Shown: positions 37,913 through 46,621 of the stretch, piece after piece | Layout: the number at the start of each line of letters is the position of its first letter | How positions within the stretch are numbered: position 1 is the stretch's first letter | Source of the DNA: Candidatus Latescibacterota bacterium | Lineage (GTDB): Bacteria > Latescibacterota > UBA2968 > GCA-2709665 | Reading direction: 5' to 3' | DNA length: 64,000 nt | Assembly (NCBI GenBank): GCA_965208835.1 | Contig: OZ242358.1 | Coordinates: 4,800,001 to 4,864,000, forward strand | Position numbers and translations under genes: made by a program | The notes under the pieces: generated by a model | What the model saw: the letters and a program-made list of their open reading frames with translations, nothing else | Told to the model about the DNA's origin: nothing | Database searches by the model: none

Positions 37913-38071
37913 TTATTCCTTTTCATCCTCGATCCGATGCTGGCGATCGATGGATTCGAAAAGGGACCGGACGTTGAAAAAGCCGCCGATTCCCACGATA
38001 ACGGCGACCATTGCGAAAATCAGCAATCCGATGAGGAGCACGGCGCCCCAGAAAGGAACCCAGAATGCCAT
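37913..38071 (-). CDS. Small single-TM protein (52 aa) downstream of the SSS transporter
   Basis: MAFWVPFWGAVLLIGLLIFAMVAVIVGIGGFFNVRSLFESIDRQHRIEDEKE; AAGGAG RBS; starts 4 nt after the SSS stop; absent from the ORF track. Confidence 0.7.
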   Translation of the reverse strand: MAFWVPFWGAVLLIGLLIFAMVAVIVGIGGFFNVRSLFESIDRQHRIEDEKE

Positions 38072-38074
38072 GGA

Positions 38075-39622
38075 TCACGTCTCCTTTTCGTCTCGTGAAC
38101 GGTCGGGAAACAGAAGAGAGCCGAGAACCATCAGGACGAGCGCCAGAACGGTCACCCCCAGGCCGATGTGCGCACCGGTGAAGGCGTCCAGACCCAGTGC
38201 CCTTTTCACCGGAGTCAGGCCGGTAACGGCAGCGGCGCCGGCCACAAGGGCGAGGTACGCCCCGGCGGTGCTGGCGCGCTTCCAGTAGAGGCCGGTGAGA
38301 AGCAGGGCGAACGCGCCCGTGAAGTAGATGGCGCCGCTCACGAGCATGTAGTCCCAGAGGTCCTGACCGAGCTCGTACCAGAGCCCCCACACAAGCAGAA
38401 AGGCACCGATGACAAATATAAAGATCCGGGAGAGCGTCAGGCGCGCGCGCGTGGAAAGGGTATCGCCGGTGGCGGGGGCGACCACGTCGTGCGTGAGCAC
38501 AGAGGACCAGCAAAGCAGGTAGCTGTCGTGGGTGGACATGAATGCGGCAAGCAGCCCCGCGCCTATCAGACCAATCAGACCTGCGGGCAGGATCTGGCTG
38601 AGGAAGACGGGCATGGCCATAAGGGTCAGGTCGGCGTTCCCCGTGGGTGCGCCGGCGGCGGAGAAGAAGACCGAACGGGTCACATCGTTCTGGTAGAGAT
38701 AGACAAGGGCGCAGATTCCCAGAAACTGGGGCACCATGAATCGAACGAGGAATCCGATGGCCGACCAGGCGTAGAGTTTTTTCACCACCGAGGTACTCTC
38801 GGCGGCGCATGCTCTCATGACAGCGGTCTGCCACACGGCGCAGGAGACGATCCCGGCAGTGAAGATCATCCAGACGACGTACGACGGTCCGAACCCACCC
38901 CCCGCGTGAAGTGGATCGAACCCGGGCTCGCCGTGAATTGACGCAACCGTATCCACGATCGCCGACCAGCCAAGCCTGTCCACGGCGATACCGCAGGTGA
39001 CGATAACGCCCACGGAAAGCACGATAAACTGGATGTAGTCGGTGAGCACAACCGAGACCATGCCCCCGAGAATGGTATATATCAGAACCAGCAGGAGCAT
39101 CACGGTCATGATCAGGCCGACCGACGTGGGGTTTGTGATACCGGTCAGGCCCGCAACAAAGATCGCGCCCGCTTTGAGGAACAGACCCATATTGAGGATC
39201 CCGGAAAGGGCGAGAAGCAGGCCGCCGAAGATGCGGACGCCCCGGCTGAAGCGCTTTTCGTAGAACTCGGGAATCGTCATCACGCCCAATTCGCGAAGCG
39301 GGACCACGATGAACCCGGTCAGGCCGATGATCAGAGTCACAATGCCTGCGATGAGACCGATGTGAAAGGCGGCGAACCCGCCCGTGAATCCCTTCTGGGC
39401 GGAATACATGACCGTCACGAGCCCCAGTTCGCTGCCGATCATGGTGGCGACGGCGAGATACGGTTTCAACGAACGGCCGGCGACGATATAGTCGCTCATG
39501 TTGCGAATGTAACGGTTGGCGTACAGACCGATCGCAACCGTGCCCAGCATATACAGGCCGACAATCGCCCAATCGATTGCGCCGAAGTTGGAACTGATGC
39601 TGTTCAGGAGATCGGATGACAT
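38075..39622 (-). CDS. Sodium:solute symporter family protein
   Basis: DYIVAGR, TIPEFYEKRF, GGMVSVVLTDYIQF, LAAFMST; many TM helices. Confidence 0.92.
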   Translation of the reverse strand: MSSDLLNSISSNFGAIDWAIVGLYMLGTVAIGLYANRYIRNMSDYIVAGRSLKPYLAVATMIGSELGLVTVMYSAQKGFTGGFAAFHIGLIAGIVTLIIGLTGFIVVPLRELGVMTIPEFYEKRFSRGVRIFGGLLLALSGILNMGLFLKAGAIFVAGLTGITNPTSVGLIMTVMLLLVLIYTILGGMVSVVLTDYIQFIVLSVGVIVTCGIAVDRLGWSAIVDTVASIHGEPGFDPLHAGGGFGPSYVVWMIFTAGIVSCAVWQTAVMRACAAESTSVVKKLYAWSAIGFLVRFMVPQFLGICALVYLYQNDVTRSVFFSAAGAPTGNADLTLMAMPVFLSQILPAGLIGLIGAGLLAAFMSTHDSYLLCWSSVLTHDVVAPATGDTLSTRARLTLSRIFIFVIGAFLLVWGLWYELGQDLWDYMLVSGAIYFTGAFALLLTGLYWKRASTAGAYLALVAGAAAVTGLTPVKRALGLDAFTGAHIGLGVTVLALVLMVLGSLLFPDRSRDEKET

Positions 39623-39682
39623 AGGTGATACCGAGGAAAACCGGAAGCGCGCCCGGCACTTGCCGGGTTCTTTTAAATCAGC

Positions 39683-40300
39683 TTAAGGCCAGGTGGGGCG
39701 TTCCATCGAGAAGGATTCGTTGACGCAGACGTAGTCCAGGTACCCGAGACGCCCCACGGGTCTCAGCGCCACGGTGTCGACGTGGCCATCCTTAATTGCC
39801 CAATCGGCAATGTGGATGCCAACCACATGACCGAAGACAACCGTGTTCGGATCGTCCGGATCGCCCGTGGGCAGTTCCACCGTCCGGGTATGGATACACT
39901 CCAGATGGACCGGGCTTTCCGCCACGCGGGGCGGCTTTACAAGCACCGACGGCGCCTGGGTGACGCCGGCGTATTCGAATTCGTTGACGTGACCCGGGGC
40001 GGGCACGGCAGTGGCGTTCATCTGCGCCCGAAGCTCCCAGGTGGCGAGGTTGACGACGAATTCGCCGGTTTCCTGCGCATTCCTGATCGAATCCTTCAAA
40101 CCGCCATGGCTGTGCGTGGTTGTCGCGGCGAACATGACCTGCGGCGGCACGTAGGCCACCGCGTTGAAGAACGAGTACGGCGCGAGGTTGATCGTACCCT
40201 TTGCGTCCATGGATGAAATCCATCCGATCGGTCGAGGCACGACGATGGCGTTGAATGGATCCCGGGGCAGTCCGTGGCCATCCGACGTCCTGTAAAACAT
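39683..40300 (-). CDS. Flavin reductase-like FMN-binding protein
   Basis: VPRPIGWISS, NLAPYSFFN, KDSIRN, GRLG. Confidence 0.88.
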   Translation of the reverse strand: MFYRTSDGHGLPRDPFNAIVVPRPIGWISSMDAKGTINLAPYSFFNAVAYVPPQVMFAATTTHSHGGLKDSIRNAQETGEFVVNLATWELRAQMNATAVPAPGHVNEFEYAGVTQAPSVLVKPPRVAESPVHLECIHTRTVELPTGDPDDPNTVVFGHVVGIHIADWAIKDGHVDTVALRPVGRLGYLDYVCVNESFSMERPTWP

Positions 40301-40350
40301 GTTTGCGGCCTCCCTTTCCGGATGTCAAGCCGCTTTCTTTGCAGCAGGTA

Positions 40351-41352
40351 CTACTTCCACTTGAACACAACGCCCAGCGCATCTGTCGGATCGTCGGCGA
40401 GCATGGTGTAGATCTCCTGGCACTGTTCCGGATCCGCGACGTGGGTGATAAGGTCTTCTACCGGCAATTTGCCCTCGCCCATCAGGCGCATCACCAGCCT
40501 GCGGTCCCGTTCCTTCGCCCATCGGTAGTAAATGTGGTCGGCCTCCGGCGTCTTGGGCTGGTGGGCGCCCAGGATGCTGACTTCCCGCAGATGCACGTCG
40601 GCCAGAAAATCCATGTCGACGGTGCCGCGCGGGGAGCCCAGCGCAACCACACGGCCTGCCGTACACGCGAGCCGGACGGCGGTGGGATACACGGCGGGTT
40701 TGCCGGTCGCTTCGATGACGACGTTGACGCCGTCTTCCACGCAGTATTGTCCGACCGCGTCCCTGACGTCGTCCACGTCACCGGGATTGATACAGACGCC
40801 GGCGCCGCGGCTGCGGGCAATATCCAGGCGAAAAACGTCCAGATCCATGGCGATAACGGGAAGGGCGCCGGAGAGCCGCGCGAGGGTTGCCGCGAACTGA
40901 CCGACAATTCCCAGGCCGATGACGAGGACAACCTCGCCCAGTTCAATGCGCGCCACGCGGACTCCGTGGATGGCGATAGCGCCCATGACCATAAAGGCGG
41001 CGGCCCTGGACGACACGGAATCCGGGACCTTCACGTAGAAGGCCCTCCCGCCGTAGAGAATGCAATGGCTGGCGTGGTTACCCTGGCCGGCGACGCGGTC
41101 GCCCGGGCGGATGCCTTCAACGTCTTTGCCGACTTCCAGCACGGTGCCGACGTTGCAATACCCGGTGGCGCGGGGAAACCTTACGGGATTCCCGGGTTCT
41201 CCGCCGTGGGTCCATCCGTGGATCTCGGTGCCCACGCTGACGGCGGTGTACTCGTTTTCGAGAAGAATGCCGTCATCCGGCAAGGGCCCCGTTTCGAACG
41301 GTGCGACCTCCATCCGTCGAATACCGGGAATCAGGAGACGACTCGCTTTCAT
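40351..41352 (-). CDS. MDR-family dehydrogenase (lacks canonical Zn ligands)
   Basis: SVGTE, GYCNVG, GLGIVG, IEATG. Confidence 0.8.
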   Translation of the reverse strand: MKASRLLIPGIRRMEVAPFETGPLPDDGILLENEYTAVSVGTEIHGWTHGGEPGNPVRFPRATGYCNVGTVLEVGKDVEGIRPGDRVAGQGNHASHCILYGGRAFYVKVPDSVSSRAAAFMVMGAIAIHGVRVARIELGEVVLVIGLGIVGQFAATLARLSGALPVIAMDLDVFRLDIARSRGAGVCINPGDVDDVRDAVGQYCVEDGVNVVIEATGKPAVYPTAVRLACTAGRVVALGSPRGTVDMDFLADVHLREVSILGAHQPKTPEADHIYYRWAKERDRRLVMRLMGEGKLPVEDLITHVADPEQCQEIYTMLADDPTDALGVVFKWK

Positions 41353-41438
41353 CTGTATGTCCTTTCGGGTGCTTGAAGACCGGCAGGTACCCGTATCAGC
41401 AGCGGATGCAGGTACCAGCCAGGGGCCGGGCGCGGTCT

Positions 41439-42476
41439 CTACGCCTGCCCGCGGTCCAGGGTTTGACGGAAGAGCCGAAGGAAGTTCCCTCCCCATACCT
41501 TTCGGATTTCTTCCTCGGCGAGGCCGCGAGCGAGCATGGCGCGGGTGAGGCGCACAAGCTTCGAGACATCCCCGAAAACAGGCGTCTTTGAACCCATGCC
41601 GTCGTAATCGGAACCGACGCCGACATGGTCGATGCCGACCAGGTCCGCCACGTGGCAGATATGGTCGACCATCCGGTCCACGGAAGGATTCTCCGGATCG
41701 ATAAACCCCGGGAGAAACGCGATGCCCATCACCCCGCCGACCCCGGCCAGCGCCCTGAGCTGATCGTCGGTCAGGCAGCGCCAGTGGTTGCAGACGGAGA
41801 AGGCCGCGGTGTGGGTCATCGTCACCGGGAGCGAAGACCGCTCCAGCACCTGGTAGAAAGCCTTGTCGTTTATATGGGCCAGGTCCGTGATGATGCCCAG
41901 CCGGTTGCTCTCCTCGAGTACGGACCTCCCGAAGTCCGTCAACCCGACGGCATTTCTGCGTTCGCGGTCGCGGTCTACAGGCGTGCACGGCCCGAAAGAA
42001 CTCCTGCTGCCCTGCAGCAGCGACGGGTCGTCGCCACCTTCGCCGTGGGTGATTCCGATACACCGAACTCCCAGACGGTAGTAGAGACGCAGTGTATCCA
42101 TTTCGCCTTCCAGCCAGCGTCCGGCGCCTTCGATAGTGAGCAGGATCCCGATTTTTCCGGATGTTCTTGCCCGTTCAACATCCCGTGACGAGAACACCAG
42201 CATCAGGTCGTCGGGATAAAGCTCCACCGACGCCAGGGTCTGCTCCAGGGTAACCCTGACGTTCGCCGTGGGCCCGTTACCGACCACGAAGAAGCCGGCG
42301 TCGAACCCGCCTTCCCGCATCCGCGGAATGTCCATGTGATACGCGAGGTCCCGTCTTTTCAGGTCCATGGGACGATCGCCCCGGTGTACGTGCTCCACCG
42401 GCGTGTCGTTGTGGCCGTCGACGATAAGGCAGCGGTCGTGTACCGCCTGCGCTTCTTCAAGGGTGATTTCCGGCAT
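41439..42476 (-). CDS. Membrane dipeptidase (peptidase M19)
   Basis: DGHND, IEG, DLAH, THT, VGSDYDG, GGNFLR. Confidence 0.9.
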   Translation of the reverse strand: MPEITLEEAQAVHDRCLIVDGHNDTPVEHVHRGDRPMDLKRRDLAYHMDIPRMREGGFDAGFFVVGNGPTANVRVTLEQTLASVELYPDDLMLVFSSRDVERARTSGKIGILLTIEGAGRWLEGEMDTLRLYYRLGVRCIGITHGEGGDDPSLLQGSRSSFGPCTPVDRDRERRNAVGLTDFGRSVLEESNRLGIITDLAHINDKAFYQVLERSSLPVTMTHTAAFSVCNHWRCLTDDQLRALAGVGGVMGIAFLPGFIDPENPSVDRMVDHICHVADLVGIDHVGVGSDYDGMGSKTPVFGDVSKLVRLTRAMLARGLAEEEIRKVWGGNFLRLFRQTLDRGQA

Positions 42477-42537
42477 GTGGTTTATCCTGGGCTGAGTGGT
42501 GGCTTCGCAGAACGGATGGATGGGTCTTGCACGTGCG

Positions 42538-43860
42538 CTACGGCGGATCGACGGGTACTTTCTGTCTCTTGCTGACCAGCGGATCGTATGTAAATCCGTC
42601 GGCGCGTTTTTCGAACTCCGCGCGCGCTTTTTTCAATTTCTCCGGGTCCCGGCACAGGTCGACAGCGCTCCCTGCGAAGACTTTGGCTGTCTGACGGACC
42701 GCGCGCTCGGCAAAGGGCAGGGCGGCCTGCGCAGCCATGTCCCGGTGGTGGCCTGGGGTTCCCTTCGCATAACAGACCATCTCGAAGCGTCCCAGAGGGG
42801 CCAGCCAGGATACGTTATCCTCGTCCGTAGATCCCCTGCCCTGCGAGCCGCTGCCCTTGGCGATCTTCGTGTTGAATCCCTTCTTGTAGCCGAGGGCTTC
42901 GGCGTGCTTCACGTCGGCTTCCGTCGGCTTGGGAGGCCCGAAAAGCTTGAGGTTCTTGCGGACGATCTCACACATCGCCTTGTTCGGCAGACGCGGGTAC
43001 ACGGCGGTGATTCGCGACCATTTCATCTTCGTATCCGTCGCCCTGGCGGCGCCCCGGGCGCAGGCGGTGAGGCGTTCACGCACTTCGTCGACCTGCGCGC
43101 GGTCCTTGCCTCGAACGAAGTACCAGATCTTGGCATAGGCCGGCACCACGTTGGGTGCGTCGCCTCCATCGCGGATCACGGAGTGGATCCTGACGTTTTC
43201 GGGGACATGCTCCCGGAGATAGTTGGCGGCGATATCCGTGAGCATCACCCCGTCCAGCGCGCTGCGGCCCCGGTGGGCCGACGCGCCGTGGGCGGTACGG
43301 CCGAAGAACTCATAGACGAGGGAGTCCAGCGACGACCCGCCGAAGTTGTTGACGCCCGAAGCATCGTCCGGATGCCACGCAAGGCAGACGTCCAGGTCCC
43401 GGATGGCGCCGTCGCGGGCCATGTACACTTTGCCTCCCAGGGTTTCCTCCGCCGGACAGCCATAATAGACGATCTTGCCCGGTGTTCCGGTTGATTCGAG
43501 GACTTTCGCAGCGGCGACCGCACCCACGGCCGGGGCAACGCCCAAGAGGTTGTGACCTCAGCCGTGACCCCATTGACCTTCTTCGGGGCCGCAGTTGGGC
43601 AGCGCGTCGTACTCCCCCAGCAGTCCGACCGCCGGTTCTCCGGTTCCCCTGGTAGCGCGAAATGCTGTGGGAATTTTCTTGAAAGGGAATTCGACCTCGA
43701 AGCCCCGTGAGGTCAGGTATTCCCCGATAGCCCGGGAGGACTTGACCTCGCGGAAGGGCCGCTCCGCCCAGCCGTGCACCTTCCTCGAAAGTACCCTTGC
43801 CCGTTTCGACTCGGCGGCGACGGCGCGGTTAACGAGACGCTTCTTTTCTTTTCCGGTCAT
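42538..43860 (-). CDS. AbgB-like M20 amidohydrolase with in-frame TGA at codon 101 (putative selenocysteine)
   Basis: Two in-frame ORFs join as GEYDAL...GHG-TGA-GHNLLG; GCPAEE, WHP, GRSALD, GSTD; 440 aa if read through. Confidence 0.85.
43513..43542 (-). promoter_or_regulatory. Candidate bacterial SECIS element
   Basis: GGCG-UUGC-CCC-[GGCCGU]-GGG-U-GCGG-U-CGCC hairpin starting 16 nt after the UGA; folded by hand. Confidence 0.55.
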
Positions 43861-43967
43861 GTGAAATCTCTCTTGTGAACACCCGGATTCGCGAACGATC
43901 GGGTTGACGAAATCTCTCGTCGAGCGTACCGGCTCGAACACTTTCCCGGGTAATCAATCGATGGTTT

Positions 43968-45056
43968 CTACGGATGAACGATGGCATCCACGACCGCGTC
44001 GCCCACCCCGGTTGTCCCGGCGGCGCCTCCGAGATCGGCCGGGTGGTTCTTCGGATTCTCCAGCGCCCGATCGACGGCGCGGTCGATTGTGTCAGAGGCG
44101 GCGATGGCCTCCTGATCCTCATGGCGGGCGCCCAGCCAGGACAGCATCATCCCGGCGGAGAGGATCTGGGCCATGGGGTTGGCGATACCGTTCCCGGCGA
44201 TATCCGGCGCGGTGCCGTGGGATGGCTGGAAGACGCCGTAACGGTCGCCGACGTCGGCCGAGGGCGCCATCCCCATGCCGCCGATGGTTGCGGCGGCCAG
44301 GTCCGAGATGATGTCGCCGAACATATTCTCGGCGACGACGACGTCGTACCAGGAGGGGTTGCGCAACTGGTACACGGTAAACGCGTCCACATAGGCATAA
44401 TCCCGTTCGACGTCGGGATAGGATTCCGCGACCTCGTCGTAGATCTGTCTGAAAAACGCCATGCTCTTCAGAATGTTGGCCTTGTCGACGGAGGTGACGC
44501 GGCTCCTGCCGTCGGCGGGCGCCCCCTTCCGCTGCTTTGCGATTTCAAAGGCGTATCTGACGATCCGCTCGGTACCGGCGCGGGTGATGACCATGTTATC
44601 CACGGCAAGGCTGTCTCCAAGCCGGACCCCGGCGCCGCGGGAGGCGTAGAGGCCCTCGGTATTCTCACGCAGGATAACGTAGTCGAGCGGCGGATTCCCG
44701 TCCAGAAGCGGCGGCACGCCATGATATTTCTTGATTGGCCTGATCCCGGCGTAGAGGTCCAGTTCAAAGCGCAGCGTCAGTTGCGGCGCGATTTCAGTAC
44801 CGTCGGGGAAGCGGATGTCCGGGTCGCCGGCGGAACCAAAAAACACGGCGTCGGCCGCCTTGCAGGCGTCGAGCGTGGCTTTCGGGAGATCTTCTCCGGT
44901 TTCCGCGTAACACCCGGCGCCGACCGGATGCTCGGAGAAGGTGAAACGAAGATCGGGATGCGGCTCCTCGAGCGCCAGAAGCACTTTGAGCGCTTCCGCG
45001 ACGACTTCCGGGCCGACGCCGTCTCCTGGGAGTACGGCGATGTTGTACGTGGGCAT
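43968..45056 (-). CDS. Isocitrate/isopropylmalate/tartrate dehydrogenase family protein
   Basis: LPGDGVGPEV, RENTEGLY, DKANIL, NMFGDIISD, HGTAPDIAG..ANP. Confidence 0.9.
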   Translation of the reverse strand: MPTYNIAVLPGDGVGPEVVAEALKVLLALEEPHPDLRFTFSEHPVGAGCYAETGEDLPKATLDACKAADAVFFGSAGDPDIRFPDGTEIAPQLTLRFELDLYAGIRPIKKYHGVPPLLDGNPPLDYVILRENTEGLYASRGAGVRLGDSLAVDNMVITRAGTERIVRYAFEIAKQRKGAPADGRSRVTSVDKANILKSMAFFRQIYDEVAESYPDVERDYAYVDAFTVYQLRNPSWYDVVVAENMFGDIISDLAAATIGGMGMAPSADVGDRYGVFQPSHGTAPDIAGNGIANPMAQILSAGMMLSWLGARHEDQEAIAASDTIDRAVDRALENPKNHPADLGGAAGTTGVGDAVVDAIVHP

Positions 45057-45080
45057 GCACGTCCTTTCTGGATTTGTGGA

Positions 45081-46235
45081 TCAGCGGGATCGCTGGCGAT
45101 CATCGATGCTGACACGGAATCCGCCCTCCGACTTCACGCCCCGTTCCAGCGCGTCCGGTTCGACGTCGAATCCCGCGCCGGGCGTATCGGGCACGATCAG
45201 CCTGCCGTTGCGCATCTGCCATCCGTCCAGGGCGATGCCCGGCAAGTCCGCCGGGGCCGCTTCCAGGAGGCTGTAGTTGGAAATGGAAGCGGCGAAGTGG
45301 GCGTGGGCGTATCGTTCGACGACACTTCCCCAGCAATGAGGGGCGCACTTCGCACCCCAGGGCCCGATTCGGTCCGCGGCGGCTTTCCACCACGTCAGCC
45401 CCTTGTAACGAAAATCGTGCTGCACGATGTCGATCCATCCACTTTCGACCATATCGAAGAAATCGGGCGGAGGCGGCCCGGACTCCCCGTCCGCCACGAG
45501 CGTATTGTAACCCTTCCGGTCAATCGCTTCCTTGAACGCCTCGTTGAACGCCCGGTCTTCCGGGAAGGGCTCTTCGAACCAATAGACTCCGGCGTCCCGG
45601 CAGCGTTCGAGGATGTCCAGCGCGATATTGAGCGTGGTTCCGTTGTTGGCGTCTATAAGGATTTTCGCATCCGGTCCCGCGGCCTCCCGGACCGCGTGGA
45701 TCACCAGCACGTCCCGGTCCGTTCCTTCCCGGACGGGCATCCACCGCGCGCCGCGCCCGATCTTGATTTTGAAATTTCGGTAGCCGTAATCGTGCCCGGT
45801 TCGGACTTCCTCTCGGAAGATCCGCCGCGCCTGGTCGTCGGTGGCTCCCAGATCGTCGATGTAGACGGAGCCGTCGTAGAGTTCGACTTCCCGGGAACCG
45901 CGCGCGCCCAGCAGTCGATAGAGGGGCACGCCTTCACATCTGGCGGCCAGATCCCACAGGGGAAGGTCTATGGCCGCGCCATCGCCGGTTGACCCGACCG
46001 GAAATTGAAAAAGCTCCGGGGGGCGCATTCCGAGAAGTGCTTCGGCGCGCGCCCTGTCAAGGGTAGACCAGCCGATGCCCACGCCGCCGCCAGCGGTGCC
46101 GATGCGCACGACCGGATCGGTGACCGCCGGACCGTGTACGCCGATACGCGCGTTGGATCCGATGTTGCGCGGGCGCGTGCCGTGCAGGACCGCCTTTTCG
46201 ATTATGACGATGGGATCGGAGAATGAGCCGCACAT
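45081..46235 (-). CDS. Mandelate racemase / muconate lactonizing enzyme family protein
   Basis: IDLPLWDL, KIKIG, DAN, EEP, DGE, APH. Confidence 0.85.
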   Translation of the reverse strand: MCGSFSDPIVIIEKAVLHGTRPRNIGSNARIGVHGPAVTDPVVRIGTAGGGVGIGWSTLDRARAEALLGMRPPELFQFPVGSTGDGAAIDLPLWDLAARCEGVPLYRLLGARGSREVELYDGSVYIDDLGATDDQARRIFREEVRTGHDYGYRNFKIKIGRGARWMPVREGTDRDVLVIHAVREAAGPDAKILIDANNGTTLNIALDILERCRDAGVYWFEEPFPEDRAFNEAFKEAIDRKGYNTLVADGESGPPPPDFFDMVESGWIDIVQHDFRYKGLTWWKAAADRIGPWGAKCAPHCWGSVVERYAHAHFAASISNYSLLEAAPADLPGIALDGWQMRNGRLIVPDTPGAGFDVEPDALERGVKSEGGFRVSIDDRQRSR

Positions 46236-46356
46236 AAGGGGTTCCTGTGCCCGTAACAGAACAGAACGATCCGGTAAAGTACGCCAAAAACCGGCGGTTG
46301 GAAATCAAAAAAGCCGGTGTCGAAAGGCCCCGTCTGTCGCACACGGGAATTAGGTC

Positions 46357-46385
46357 TTGACGGGCGCTACAAGATGTAGTACTTT
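46357..46385 (+). promoter_or_regulatory. Possible sigma70 promoter for smc
   Basis: TTGACG-17 bp-TACTTT. Confidence 0.45.
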
Positions 46386-46621
46386 TCGGACACCGCAGCG
46401 GATTATTCCCCAATCTGTTGCGTATTCCTCACCTCCCCTTCATTCCCCTTTCATTCCCATACTCGCTATTTCAGGCCAATAGCGAGCGTCCGGCGCAGTC
46501 CGGGTCATCATACGGCGGATCGGCGCGGCCTCGTTTCCTCCTTGCCGTCGCGCAGCATCTGACTCGTCCCGTTCGTATGTACCTACAGGCCGGATGCGTG
46601 TGTCTTTCAGGAGGCAGAACT

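Noticed and set aside
43974-45992. Long plus-strand ORFs (also 34-1155, 8444-10045, 40255-41376, 42496-43494, 34157-35359, 57288-58538)
   Set aside because: Antisense shadows of well-supported genes in GC-rich DNA, with no recognisable motifs.
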